Shown: one piece after another, positions 1 to 9,593 of the stretch
Layout: the number at the start of each line of letters is the position of its first letter
Position numbering within the stretch: the first letter of the stretch is position 1
Assembly: GCA_030637655.1 (NCBI GenBank)
Contig: DAOWGI010000094.1
Span: forward strand, 1-52,784
Length of the DNA: 52,784 bases
DNA from: a candidate division FCPU426 bacterium
Lineage (GTDB): Bacteria; Oederibacteriota; JAAXVQ01; JAUVAV01
Direction of reading: 5' to 3'
The notes under the pieces: model-generated
What the model was told of the DNA's origin: nothing
Databases searched by the model: none
Seen by the model: the letters and a program-made list of their open reading frames with translations, nothing else
Translations under genes and position numbers: made by a program

Positions 1-107
1 GTTGCTGTTACTAGTTTGCGATGCAACTTTTTGTACTTGCGCATGGCCCACCTTGCAATTGCCATTTCCACTTGTCTTAGTATGGGTCTCATTGCCGAGC
101 GATAGTG
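1..107 (-). pseudogene. Fragment of group II intron reverse transcriptase/maturase (domain X), runs off the left edge
   Basis: Manual minus-strand translation gives HYRSAMRPILRQVEMAIARWAMRKYKKLHRKLVTA, resembling the maturase-domain 'Y.S.l..i...l.RWA.RKYK.L' pattern; the GWINYY motif that normally precedes it is absent. Confidence 0.6.
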
Positions 108-363
108 TGTTATGGGTGCCGGAGTTAACTTATTACCTGAATTTTGCACCAAAATCTGATTTTGCATTCCTTCTTTAACTCACCTGGCTTTTGTAATTGA
201 TATTCACAGTACCGCTGCAGCAGGCGCCGGATTAAAATCTTGACAAGTCATTAAAAATCACTAAACATAGTCTTAGGAAAAATGAATTATAATGATAGCA
301 AGGTTGTAGTCTGATCAAAATAAATTGTAAACCCCAAAATATAAAACACGGTGAATAAAAACA

Positions 364-951
364 ATGAATATTGACCAACTTGATGTAAATGAAAAATGGA
401 AAAGAAAATTCGAAATATTTGAGAAAGCAGGCGCCAATAAGGGTTACAGTAATATCAATTATAACGGTATAGAACCTAAGCAAAGAAATTTAATAATGTT
501 TAATTCTTTAGCATTTATATTTTCTCCTTTTTATTATTTTGTCAAAAAAATGCCGGAAAAAGCATTAGTGTTGTTAGGGATAGGTTTTCTGATGGTCATT
601 ATATTGGAGTTGTTTCGATTTTTTACAGCTTTAACCTTGCCTAACATTGTATACGCCATACCGCTATCTGCATTGTGCGGAATATTCGCTAATTATGATT
701 TTTATAGAAAAAAGGTCCATTGTGAAAAAATGTGGAAAAAGTTTTCTGTTTTTTCATCACTATGGGCGGCCATTTTATTTTGTGTAATAGCCTTTACTAT
801 TACAATCTCTGCTCTATATTTACTAGAGACCTCTCAGTCAACTAAAAATATTACAGTCATAAGTCACACTGATCTTGATGACAAAGCACTAGAGCAGCTT
901 ATGGCTGATCCTGAAATTAATAAATTTATTTTTGAAGATAATCAAAAATAG
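364..951 (+). CDS. DUF2628-family membrane protein
   Basis: 195 aa; FNSLAFIFSPFYYFVKKM and ANYDFYRK motifs typical of DUF2628; several TM segments; AT-rich. Confidence 0.7.
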   Translation: MNIDQLDVNEKWKRKFEIFEKAGANKGYSNINYNGIEPKQRNLIMFNSLAFIFSPFYYFVKKMPEKALVLLGIGFLMVIILELFRFFTALTLPNIVYAIPLSALCGIFANYDFYRKKVHCEKMWKKFSVFSSLWAAILFCVIAFTITISALYLLETSQSTKNITVISHTDLDDKALEQLMADPEINKFIFEDNQK

Positions 952-1130
952 TTTATAGAAATTTGTTACACTATCCTTACTGTGCTTTCGATTCTTCCCG
1001 CGCTGATCCGCGCGTTCTACTACCTAAATTACCTTTTCCCGCAATTGCCGGCAGCCACTACACCGGCCGCATTGTGCCAACTGCTGCCCACCGAAGTCAA
1101 AGTGGAAAACCTGAAAAATATTAGCAGTGC

Positions 1131-1175
1131 CCCTCACCCCGGCCCTCGCCCCGCACAAATGCAGGACGAGGGGAG
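1131..1175. repeat. Degenerate BoxC/REP-like palindrome (CCCTCACCCCGGCCCTCGCCCC...GACGAGGGG)
   Basis: Similar to the CCCTCACCC.../GGGAGAGGG...GGGTGAGGG element at 14832-14852 and 19986-20022. Confidence 0.45.
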
Positions 1176-1285
1176 CACAGCGGCGATTATTTTGATGCTT
1201 ACCCAACGCCTGTCTTTACAGCTTGGTGGAAAACGTTAAGGCCAACGGACTGAAACCGTATCACCATCTAAATTATCTCTTAATG

Positions 1286-1828
1286 CTATTCACACTTGGT
1301 TTTAAATCGAGTGATAAATTGCTGATACTTTTTTAGATGATTTTCTTTTAATGCCCAGGCACGCACATCCCGCCAAACAATCTTATGATTTCCAGCTACC
1401 AGGAGTGCTTGATTAAAAGCCTGATAATCATCCCAATAAAAATAAGCTGCCAGACGATCTTTTACACAATCGGTTGGCGTAAGTAGTTTGATTTTGCCCA
1501 ACGAAGTTCTCATCTCTCTAAAAACAGTTATTACTTTATCCCCTATGGTTACCGGCGGAGCAACAAATTCGATATAAAAAGGGCAATCCTTCCTTTCAAA
1601 ATGACGGCTGCTCTTGGGCTCGAATCCCAGAATATGCAGTGCGTCTCTGACCGCCGGCATAGGTGCATAAGTAATCATATCCATATCTTTAGAAACATAT
1701 TGATTCCGGCTGTAAATCGAGACACAAGCTCCGCCGACAAGAACGGCTTCAATACCGTGCGCTCGCAAGGTCTTTCCCACAATAGCCGCTAGTTGCTTTA
1801 GCGTTAATGTTTTCCAGGAAAAATTCAT
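1286..1828 (-). CDS. Nucleotidyltransferase-fold protein (putative toxin of a wHTH-NTase pair)
   Basis: LVGGACVSIYS...SKDMD matches the pol-beta NTase GG/DxD signature; 4-bp overlap with the upstream wHTH gene. Confidence 0.65.
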   Translation of the reverse strand: MNFSWKTLTLKQLAAIVGKTLRAHGIEAVLVGGACVSIYSRNQYVSKDMDMITYAPMPAVRDALHILGFEPKSSRHFERKDCPFYIEFVAPPVTIGDKVITVFREMRTSLGKIKLLTPTDCVKDRLAAYFYWDDYQAFNQALLVAGNHKIVWRDVRAWALKENHLKKYQQFITRFKTKCE

Positions 1829-2154
1829 AGCGGTTTGCCTGGGCGCCGGGGCCGTGTCCTGACTGTGAAATATTTTTCAAGTTGGTCCTCCGGCAGGTAG
1901 GAAAAAGCTTTTTCCAGCAGGCGTTGCATCTCGCGCAGTAAAGGATATCTGGGATTGAATTCATAGACCCGAGTCCGTCCAAATTTGCGGCTGACTACGA
2001 CATTGCCAATCTCCAGGCGTTTTAACTGCTGCTGCACGGCATTAATGGGCAAGCCGAACCGTTCAGACATCCCCTTGGGGTAACCCTGCTTGTGACGCCA
2101 GAGAAAAAACAGGACTTTTTCAATCGTTGCGTTGCCAAATAAAGCCTCAAACAT
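1825..2154 (-). CDS. Winged helix-turn-helix protein (ArsR-like, putative antitoxin/regulator)
   Basis: 109 aa; LFGNATIEKVL...AVQQQLKRLE..GRTRVYEFNP wHTH pattern; AGGAG RBS upstream. Confidence 0.7.
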   Translation of the reverse strand: MFEALFGNATIEKVLFFLWRHKQGYPKGMSERFGLPINAVQQQLKRLEIGNVVVSRKFGRTRVYEFNPRYPLLREMQRLLEKAFSYLPEDQLEKYFTVRTRPRRPGKPL

Positions 2155-2169
2155 GGCAAGTCTCCTATA

Positions 2170-2205
2170 ACCATATTTATTGGTAATATTACCATATATT
2201 ATGGT
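2170..2205. promoter_or_regulatory. Tandem inverted-repeat operator upstream of the wHTH-NTase operon
   Basis: ACCATATTTATTGGT (2170-2184) and ACCATATATTATGGT (2191-2205), 21 bp apart, just upstream of the RBS. Confidence 0.6.
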
Positions 2206-2289
2206 ATCTCGTCAATTCTGAAAATGGCAGGACGTTGATAAGGGGACGTAGTGGATCATCCCTGTAAGATTTTATATTATCGTATCTGC

Positions 2290-2315
2290 GTGTCCACTTT
2301 TTTGGAGGAAGATCA
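2290..2315 (+). mobile_element. Solo IS3-family terminal inverted repeat remnant
   Basis: GTGTCCACTTTTTTGGAGGAAGATCA matches the IS3-family end pattern (GTGTCC...GATCA); no transposase adjacent. Confidence 0.5.
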
Positions 2316-2336
2316 CAATGTCTCCGTTGACTACTA

Positions 2337-2660
2337 TTATTTCTGCTTAATTTCCAATACCGGCCAGGTTTCCACATCTATAGGACTAAAGCCATCAATC
2401 TTTCTTGCTTCTTCTTTTATTAGGGAATTATACTTTCCCCCTCCAAAAAAATAATAATAATATTTATCATCTTCCCCGTAAATCCACCAATCCCCTGATC
2501 CTGTATTCATCACAGTCGGTCGGAAATGGAAGATATTTGACTCATGAGGTATATAATTTTCTTTTTCTATTAACAATAACCAGCTGTTTATTCCAATATT
2601 CGTATTCATTGCGAGCAAAACCAATAGCATAACTGCTGTAATAGCAAGAAATGTTTTCAT
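2337..2660 (-). CDS. Hypothetical exported/membrane-anchored protein
   Basis: Probable start MKTFLAIT (ATG 2660, AGAAGG RBS); N-terminal hydrophobic segment; GSGDWWIYGED motif. Confidence 0.55.
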   Translation of the reverse strand: MKTFLAITAVMLLVLLAMNTNIGINSWLLLIEKENYIPHESNIFHFRPTVMNTGSGDWWIYGEDDKYYYYFFGGGKYNSLIKEEARKIDGFSPIDVETWPVLEIKQK

Positions 2661-2851
2661 CGCATACCTTCTTTTAAGCACGACTAAAACAAACACACCA
2701 ACTGTTGCAATGACTATGATCGGACATATTAACCGCCTATTATTTTCCGCGATGATAAAAAATTAATTCTCGAGCAAATTTTATGTATCAATGATTAAAA
2801 ATGCATGCTTTCTTCAGGGATAAAAATCCACAGGCATGAGCCGGTGAATTT

Positions 2852-4081
2852 TTATTTTGCCAGGTCCAGGCTGACCAGATCACCCTTATTGTTTTTCACA
2901 TATAAATTGGCATTGCACAATACCGGCGCTGTCCAGCAGGTGCTCCCGAGCACTTCCTCCTGGGAAGAAACCAGTGTGTATTTTTTCGGATCCGCTTTGA
3001 CTATATAGAGCGAGCCCTGCTCATTTAAAAAAACAAGATTGTCATTGGCCGCAATCATATTGCCAAAACCCAGCTCCTGGCTCCATTGTACCGAGCCATC
3101 CTTGAGATCCAGGCATTTGATACTGGCATCGGTTCCGGCATTGCCGTCAACCGCATAGAGATACCCGTCAATAACTATGGCTGTCGAAAAATGAGTACTC
3201 ACCTCTTTATGCTGCCACACTGCTTTGGGTCGGCCTGAGGAAAAATCAATCAGCGCGCAACCAATTCCATAGCCGGTGGAGATAAAAATCCGTTGTCCCA
3301 CAATCACCGGATCAGCAGCAATAATGTTATATCGGGTTTTCCACGGGAATGACCATTTCACTTTTCCGGTTGTGGCCGAAACAGCGAAGAGGTGCTTTTG
3401 CCCATATATGGCCAAAACCTTCTCTTCGCCAATATCAAAGCTGACCGGAGTCGTGTAGTTTCCTTGGCCGGGATTGCTTTTCCAGATCAACTTGCCGGTT
3501 TTTTTATTAAGCGCCAGGCCGGATTCACAGACATTCAGTATAGCCATATCCCCCTCGATCAGCACGGAAGTCGATAGGCGCCAGCGCAATACCTTAGCTC
3601 CGAATTCCTTTATAGCCTGCTTTTTCCAGATCATTTTACCGGTCTTGGCATCATTACAGAGAATATCGCCGTCCTGACTGAAACTATAAACATATCCAGC
3701 GTCCACCACCGGCGTGGATTTTGGTCCTTCGTATATACCCTTGGTGGCCTTAATGGAATATTTCCAAATTTCTTTGCCGGTCTTAACATCCAGGCAATAC
3801 AGGGTATTTTTCTTTTTCCGCTTGTTGTACCCCATGGTGTACACGTACTCTCCAAAGACCGCGACACTTGAATAACCAAGACCGACATTTTTCTTCCAAT
3901 TTATTTTCAAGGGTTTTTTCAAGGCTTGGGCATCCCAATTGGTTTCCTGGGAAATACCATTTTGGTCAGGACCCTTCCATTGGTTCCAATTGAATTCTCC
4001 GGCAAAAACAGAACCCGTTGAGATCGTGATGGCAAAGCTCATCAGTAACATCCAGAGAAAACGCATATATTTTTTTTGCAT
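2852..4081 (-). CDS. PQQ-like beta-propeller repeat protein (BamB-like), exported
   Basis: Signal peptide, W.QWKGP start, repeated CLDxKTGKxIW motifs. Confidence 0.85.
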   Translation of the reverse strand: MQKKYMRFLWMLLMSFAITISTGSVFAGEFNWNQWKGPDQNGISQETNWDAQALKKPLKINWKKNVGLGYSSVAVFGEYVYTMGYNKRKKKNTLYCLDVKTGKEIWKYSIKATKGIYEGPKSTPVVDAGYVYSFSQDGDILCNDAKTGKMIWKKQAIKEFGAKVLRWRLSTSVLIEGDMAILNVCESGLALNKKTGKLIWKSNPGQGNYTTPVSFDIGEEKVLAIYGQKHLFAVSATTGKVKWSFPWKTRYNIIAADPVIVGQRIFISTGYGIGCALIDFSSGRPKAVWQHKEVSTHFSTAIVIDGYLYAVDGNAGTDASIKCLDLKDGSVQWSQELGFGNMIAANDNLVFLNEQGSLYIVKADPKKYTLVSSQEEVLGSTCWTAPVLCNANLYVKNNKGDLVSLDLAK

Positions 4082-4209
4082 AGGTCATCTCCATTTATTA
4101 AGAATTTTCACGAATTAGTTTTTAGAATAAGCAAAATTTACATGATTGTCAAGCCGGTTCCCGGCTGAATTTGAATTGAACAGTGATAACGCTATTCAAC
4201 TTCTATTAT

Positions 4210-5274
4210 TTAACCATCCAATTCAAAACACCGTTGCTTACTCTCTTTTTTACAGTCAGCCTCACATTGATAACAAACCTCGTTTTTCAAATAGCCGCCT
4301 TCTGAATATTCCTGTATGTTTTCCAGAGTCGTTTCCGCGATATTGGAAAGCGCTTCACGGGTAAAAAAGGCCTGATGGGAAGTAATCAACACATTGGGAA
4401 ACGTAAGCAATCTCGCCAGGATGTCATCGCCAATCATGGAATTGGAAAAATCCTCAAAGAAATATTCACTTTCCTCTTCATACACATCCAGTCCGGCTGC
4501 CCCGATTTTCCCGCTTTTCAAGCCGCTGATCAGCGCCTCGGTTTTAATCAATTTTCCGCGACCGGTGTTGATAATCATCACTCGATCTTTCATTCCGGCA
4601 ATACTCTTTTCATTGATCATGTGCTGTGTCTCAGGTGTTAACGGACAATTCAGGGAGATGATGTCCGACTGCGCATAGATGGTTTCCAGATCCGTAAAGC
4701 GTATACCGCTCTGATCAGCATATTTCCGGTCCGGCATTTTATCATGCGCCAATACGTCCATCCCAAATCCTTTTAAAATCGAGATCAAGCAGCGCCCGAT
4801 TTTTCCGGTTCCAATCACTCCCGCAGTTTTTCCGTGCATACCGGAACCCAACAACCCGTCCAGGGAAAAATTGCCGTCCCGTGTACGGTTGTAGGCCTTA
4901 TGTAGTTTCCGGTCCAGGCAGAGCATTAACCCCACTGCGTGCTCCGCCACAGCATAGGGCGAATATCCCGGCACGCGAACCACATGGATGTTGCCGAACG
5001 CGGCCTTCAGATCCACATGGTTGTATCCGGCGCTGCGCAAGGCAATCAGTTTTACCCCTTGCTTTTTCAACGTCTGAATGACCGGTTGATCCACTTGATC
5101 ATTAACAAATACACAAACCACAGCATAGCCGGCAGCCAAACCGGCGGTATCCCGGTTCAAATGACCGGGAAAATATTTAATCTCAAACCGGTATTTTTCC
5201 CGGTTGTGCCGGTCAAAATATTCCCGGTCATACGGTTTAGCATCATAAAATAATACGCGTTCTGTTTTTTTCAT
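4210..5274 (-). CDS. ldhA: D-lactate dehydrogenase (D-2-hydroxyacid dehydrogenase)
   Basis: LRSAGYNHVD, GTGKIG, INTGRG, GLDVYEEE and ITSHQAFFT motifs; likely start MKKTERV at 5274; Cys-rich tail. Confidence 0.9.
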   Translation of the reverse strand: MKKTERVLFYDAKPYDREYFDRHNREKYRFEIKYFPGHLNRDTAGLAAGYAVVCVFVNDQVDQPVIQTLKKQGVKLIALRSAGYNHVDLKAAFGNIHVVRVPGYSPYAVAEHAVGLMLCLDRKLHKAYNRTRDGNFSLDGLLGSGMHGKTAGVIGTGKIGRCLISILKGFGMDVLAHDKMPDRKYADQSGIRFTDLETIYAQSDIISLNCPLTPETQHMINEKSIAGMKDRVMIINTGRGKLIKTEALISGLKSGKIGAAGLDVYEEESEYFFEDFSNSMIGDDILARLLTFPNVLITSHQAFFTREALSNIAETTLENIQEYSEGGYLKNEVCYQCEADCKKESKQRCFELDG

Positions 5275-5306
5275 CAGTTTTTTCCTTTCATAAACCGCGC
5301 CACCGT

Positions 5307-5447
5307 TCATTCACAACGTATACAGGATTTATTTTTTGCGCACCCTAAACAGGCTGATACGCACTGTGCCGGCTTCGGTTTCGAAAGCAGGCGCCAAAAC
5401 AAATAGGCGGCCGCGCATCCAACAACAAACACCACGATATATTCCAT
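5307..5447 (-). CDS. FeoB-associated Cys-rich membrane peptide (46 aa; absent from the ORF track)
   Basis: Manual translation MEYIVVFVVGCAAAYLFWRLLSKPKPAQCVSACLGCAKNKSCIRCE*; one TM helix plus Cys-rich tail; GGAG RBS; directly after feoB. Confidence 0.8.
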   Translation of the reverse strand: MEYIVVFVVGCAAAYLFWRLLSKPKPAQCVSACLGCAKNKSCIRCE

Positions 5448-5489
5448 TTCATCTTTCTCCCGGCTGAACCGTTGCCTCGCTCCTCTTCC

Positions 5490-7610
5490 CTAGAAGCCCA
5501 GCCCCAACCACGAACCCGTTTGATAGACCAGCAATGTCAAAACATAAGCGACCGCTGTCAGACCCCCAAATTGTGCCAAGGCCCATTTCCAGGACCCGCT
5601 TTCTTTGCGAGTTATGATAACTGTCGCAATACATGGCGTTGCAATAAGCATGAAAAGCATCATACAAAAGGCAACCAGCGGCGAATAATTCTTTTTTAAT
5701 TTTTGACGAAGTGTTGTTGATTCTTCATCTACCTCACCTAATGAAAAAACAATACCCATTTGTGCCACAAACACTTCTTTAGCCGCAAAGGAACCTAACA
5801 TTGCCGTCGAAATACGCCAATCAAATCCTAAAGGTTTGAAAATAGGCGCAATAACGCCGCCAATGCGGCCAATATAAGATCGTTTCAAAGCATCCGCTTC
5901 TGCTACACCGGTTGCCAAAGCCTTGTCCGGTCCGGTAACATCTGTCGCAACAACCGAAGACTGTACAACTTCAACAGGTGTTTCCTGTGATTTCGGAAAA
6001 ACCGCCAGCGCCCAAAGAATAACTGACACCGCCAAAATAACCGTCCCGGCTTTTTTTAAATAGAGCCATGATTTCTCCCACATATGCAGAAAAATACTGC
6101 GCATGGTTGGCAGCCGGTAAGGGGGCAGCTCCATTACAAAAGGAGCTGACTCTCCTTTAAAAACCGTAATACTCAACAATTTGGCTCCGGCCAGCGCAAT
6201 AATTATACCGATCAAGTATAACATCATCACGACACGCGCTGTCCACAGACCCGGAAAAAATACCGGTGCAATGAGCGCATAAATAGGTAACCTGGCACCA
6301 CAACTCATGAGTGGTAGTATCATCATGGTGATTAATCGATCACGTCTATTCTCCATGGTACGCGTGGCCATAATCGCCGGTACCGTACACCCAAAACCAA
6401 TAATCATGGGAATACAGCTTTTGCCGTGTAGCCCGATTTTATGCATTAATTTATCAACAATAAAAGCTGCCCGTGACATGTAGCCGGAGTCTTCCAATAA
6501 GGATATTCCCAGAAATAATAAAACAATATTGGGTAAAAAAACCAGCACGCCTCCTACCCCGCCAATAATACCGTCAATCAGAAGGGACTTCAAAAGACCA
6601 TCTGATCCTGTGGGCCACCAGCTGCTCACAACACTTCCCAACCATCCAAAAAAACCTTCTATCCATCCCATCGGCGCTTCACCTAAACTAAAGGTTAGCT
6701 GAAAAATAAGATACATGATTAATAGAAAAATAGGAAAACCAAGCACACGATTAGCCACAACAGCATCCACTTTATCAGAAAAATCATGACGAATTTCCGC
6801 GGAAGTCATAATGGCTTCCTGACACGCGCCTGAGATAAAACCATAACGCGCTTCGGCAATTAAGACATATGCCGGGTCATGAGTCAGCTTCTGCAAATGG
6901 CGAATTGCAAGATCCGCTGTCTGCAGAACTGACTTGGCGTTAATTTTATCCTGAATTTCCGTATCCGTTTCCAATAGTTTTACCGCAATCCAACGCGGAT
7001 CCATATCTTCCGGCACTGCTTTTTCCTTTTCCAGTATGGTTTGGATTTTCTCCACGGCCTTCTCAATGTCATGACTATAGCGAACCACCGGAGTATCACA
7101 CGCTTCCGTGCATTCCAGACGGCTGATGATCGCTGCTTTTAAAGCATCCATCCCCTGCCCCTTACTTCCTACCGTCGGAACAATGGTCACATTAAACAAA
7201 CGCTCCAGCTGCTTGAAATCATAATAAACTCCTTTTCGTTTGGCCACATCACTCATGTTCATGGCCAGTACTAAAGGCACCTTCATTTCCATCAGTTGAG
7301 TGGCCAAATACAAATTACGTTCCAGATTGGTCAAATCCAGCACATCCACCACCACATCCGGTTTTTCTTCCAAAAGAAATTGACGGGCTACTTTCTCATC
7401 CAGCGATTGGGCAGTCAAACTGTAAATCCCCGGCAGATCCACCACGCGAATTTCCCATTCCCGGTATTTAAACTTCCCCTCTTTTTTCTCTACTGTTACG
7501 CCCGGATAATTAGCTACTTTTTGATTGGCCCCGGTCAAAAAGTTAAACAAAGAGGTTTTGCCGGAATTCGGATTGCCGGCCAAAGCTATAGTTAATTGGT
7601 TTTTCATCAT
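5490..7610 (-). CDS. feoB: Ferrous iron transporter B
   Basis: GNPNSGKT G1, NYPGVTVE G2, DLPG G3, NMSD G4; gate motifs GFGCTVPA and PFVMELP. Confidence 0.97.
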   Translation of the reverse strand: MMKNQLTIALAGNPNSGKTSLFNFLTGANQKVANYPGVTVEKKEGKFKYREWEIRVVDLPGIYSLTAQSLDEKVARQFLLEEKPDVVVDVLDLTNLERNLYLATQLMEMKVPLVLAMNMSDVAKRKGVYYDFKQLERLFNVTIVPTVGSKGQGMDALKAAIISRLECTEACDTPVVRYSHDIEKAVEKIQTILEKEKAVPEDMDPRWIAVKLLETDTEIQDKINAKSVLQTADLAIRHLQKLTHDPAYVLIAEARYGFISGACQEAIMTSAEIRHDFSDKVDAVVANRVLGFPIFLLIMYLIFQLTFSLGEAPMGWIEGFFGWLGSVVSSWWPTGSDGLLKSLLIDGIIGGVGGVLVFLPNIVLLFLGISLLEDSGYMSRAAFIVDKLMHKIGLHGKSCIPMIIGFGCTVPAIMATRTMENRRDRLITMMILPLMSCGARLPIYALIAPVFFPGLWTARVVMMLYLIGIIIALAGAKLLSITVFKGESAPFVMELPPYRLPTMRSIFLHMWEKSWLYLKKAGTVILAVSVILWALAVFPKSQETPVEVVQSSVVATDVTGPDKALATGVAEADALKRSYIGRIGGVIAPIFKPLGFDWRISTAMLGSFAAKEVFVAQMGIVFSLGEVDEESTTLRQKLKKNYSPLVAFCMMLFMLIATPCIATVIITRKESGSWKWALAQFGGLTAVAYVLTLLVYQTGSWLGLGF

Positions 7611-7629
7611 ATGACACCTTTTTCTTTTT

Positions 7630-7688
7630 GTAGGGAACGGTCGCGACCGTTCCCTACATGCATTCCGGTTGGGGGACTGTTCCCTACA
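7630..7688. repeat. GTAG-type REP palindrome
   Basis: GTAGGGAACGGTCGCGACCGTTCCCTAC perfect palindrome; also at ~41730 and ~43792. Confidence 0.85.
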
Positions 7689-7698
7689 ACAACATTGT

Positions 7699-8457
7699 TC
7701 ATCTTAATATTTTCACCAGAATATTCTTGGTCTCTTCTTTTCTCAATGAGAGATGATATCCACGTATTTTAATATCCACCGGATCACCCAAGGGCGCCAT
7801 CCGTTCAACCATCAACACCGCGCCTGTGGTCACGCCCATTTCCAAAATACGTTTACGGAATGTTCCTTTGTGCTGTATTTTTACAACCTCCGCTTTCTCA
7901 CCCGGTTTTAATGAACTTAGCGCACACAGGGTTTCTTCCTTGGTTTTGACCGAAGGAAGTAAACGTATTTTCTCCTTGACCTCATTTAAGCATCCCTTAC
8001 AATCACGAGCAGCATGTTTCTCCCCGCAGTAGTTATGAAATTTCTCTACCCAGTCTTGTCCCGTGCGGGGACAAATATCAATAAACTCCATAAACTGAAT
8101 AAACTTATCGGTCATCTCCTTGGACAACACATGTTCCATTTTACACGCTGTGTCTTCCGCTTGTTTGGCATCCACATCCAATACCGTGATAAAAAACTCT
8201 TTCAAGGTTTCATGCCGCCGCACTACATCTTCAGCCGTTTTCTCTCCCAGCAACGTAAGTGTGACTTCTCCATAAGGAGCATAATTAATTAATTTTTGTT
8301 TAGCCAAAGCACGCAGCGCCACAGTAACCGACGATTTTTTAACCTGCAAATGATCAGCCACATCTTTCACTCTGGCTTTGTTCTCCTGATGGAGCAGATG
8401 ATAAATAGCTTCCAAATAGTCTTCCAGGCTTCCGGTTAATGCTTTGATTGTTGTCAT
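7699..8457 (-). CDS. DtxR/MntR-family metal-dependent repressor with C-terminal FeoA domain
   Basis: SLEDYLEAIY, RRHE, ACKMEH metal-site motifs; Cys-rich linker; C-terminal FeoA (RILEMG...APLGDP...LSLRKEE). Confidence 0.92.
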   Translation of the reverse strand: MTTIKALTGSLEDYLEAIYHLLHQENKARVKDVADHLQVKKSSVTVALRALAKQKLINYAPYGEVTLTLLGEKTAEDVVRRHETLKEFFITVLDVDAKQAEDTACKMEHVLSKEMTDKFIQFMEFIDICPRTGQDWVEKFHNYCGEKHAARDCKGCLNEVKEKIRLLPSVKTKEETLCALSSLKPGEKAEVVKIQHKGTFRKRILEMGVTTGAVLMVERMAPLGDPVDIKIRGYHLSLRKEETKNILVKILR

Positions 8458-8472
8458 ACAATCGCCTCTTTT

Positions 8473-8488
8473 GTTAGATATATCTAAC
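8473..8488. promoter_or_regulatory. DtxR-family operator
   Basis: Perfect 16-bp palindrome GTTAGATATATCTAAC with TTAG...CTAA core, 16 bp upstream of the dtxR-feoA start. Confidence 0.75.
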
Positions 8489-8647
8489 TTTAAGCGGTTT
8501 TCCTGAAAATGTCAATCCGATTCTTCAAAATAATTAAATTACATATTTGTGACATTTTTAGTATCTTTTACCTCCCCAAAAAGAGTATAGTAAGCACGGA
8601 AAGAAAGAGTTACTTACAAGGTCATTTTGTCAGGAAGGTGACAGCCA

Positions 8648-8841
8648 TGCGCACACAATGTGAAACCAAGCAACAGACCGATGGCATGATCGCGAAGGTG
8701 GATTTGGATTCCATATTAATTTCCAGTATGCCTGCTAATAAAAAAAATTCGCTGCTGGAACTGACTAAAGGCATTGTTCTCTTTATTCTGTTGTCTGCCG
8801 GATGTATCGGTATATTCTGCTTATTATTTATTTGGCGATAA
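8648..8841 (+). CDS. Small hypothetical membrane protein
   Basis: ATG near 8648 after AGGAAGGTG RBS; C-terminal TM helix. Confidence 0.45.
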
Positions 8842-8865
8842 TTTGAATAGTAATAGCAACTACTC

Positions 8866-8970
8866 GAAGACCCTATGATCTCTTTTACTTTTTCCAGCAG
8901 CTCATCCGGATCAAACGGTTTGAGGATATAATCATCCGTTCCATTCTCTTTAAGCCCCTTGACGATTTTC
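8866..8970 (-). pseudogene. C-terminal remnant of a response-regulator receiver domain
   Basis: Manual translation KIVKGLKENGTDDYILKPFDPDELLEKVKEIIGS, the receiver G.DDYI.KPF motif; no recognisable N-terminal half. Confidence 0.65.
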
Positions 8971-9137
8971 GCTCTAACTTCCGGTAGGTTCGCATGCCAA
9001 TCAGTATAGCTGACCCTTTTATTTGACAGAACGGTTTTTTATTAAATTATGGTTTGCCTTACGGTTCAATTTGCTTTTCAGCTTATAATCAGGTACAGTA
9101 TAACTCATTGCCATTGCGTAAGGAGCACTCTTTTCCC

Positions 9138-9593
9138 ATGCTTTTATATGTTGATGCGGACGCCTGCCCCAGGGTCATCAAAGAGATCATCTACCGGGCT
9201 GTGGCCAGAATAAATATTCAACTGATCATGGTTTCCAATCTGAATTTAAAGGTCTCTGACGCTCCTAACATACGCTGTATTGATGTGCCGGAAGGACCGG
9301 ATGTGGCAGATGATAAAATTGTGGAATTGGTTGAAAACGGTGATTTGGTGATCACAGCAGATATCCCGCTGGCAGACCGGGTGGTAGCCAAAGGAGCCTT
9401 TGCCTTGGATCCACGCGGTGATTTCCATACCCGCGAGACCATCAAGCAGCGCTTGGCTGTCCGCAATCTCATGGATCACTTACGCAGCAATGATATCATA
9501 ACCGGCGGCCCTGCTCCCTTCACTCTCAAAGACCGCCAAGCCTTTGCCAATCAATTGGACAAATTTCTGACTCGAATTGCTTTTACACAATAA
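9138..9593 (+). CDS. YaiI/YqxD family protein (UPF0178)
   Basis: YVDADACP, DVADDKIV, VITADIPLA and GGPAPF motifs; AGGAG RBS before ATG 9138. Confidence 0.9.
   Translation: MLLYVDADACPRVIKEIIYRAVARINIQLIMVSNLNLKVSDAPNIRCIDVPEGPDVADDKIVELVENGDLVITADIPLADRVVAKGAFALDPRGDFHTRETIKQRLAVRNLMDHLRSNDIITGGPAPFTLKDRQAFANQLDKFLTRIAFTQ

Noticed and set aside
982-1239. 85-aa ORF
   Set aside because: No RBS or recognisable motif, and it runs through a REP-like palindrome; probably spurious or a decayed fragment
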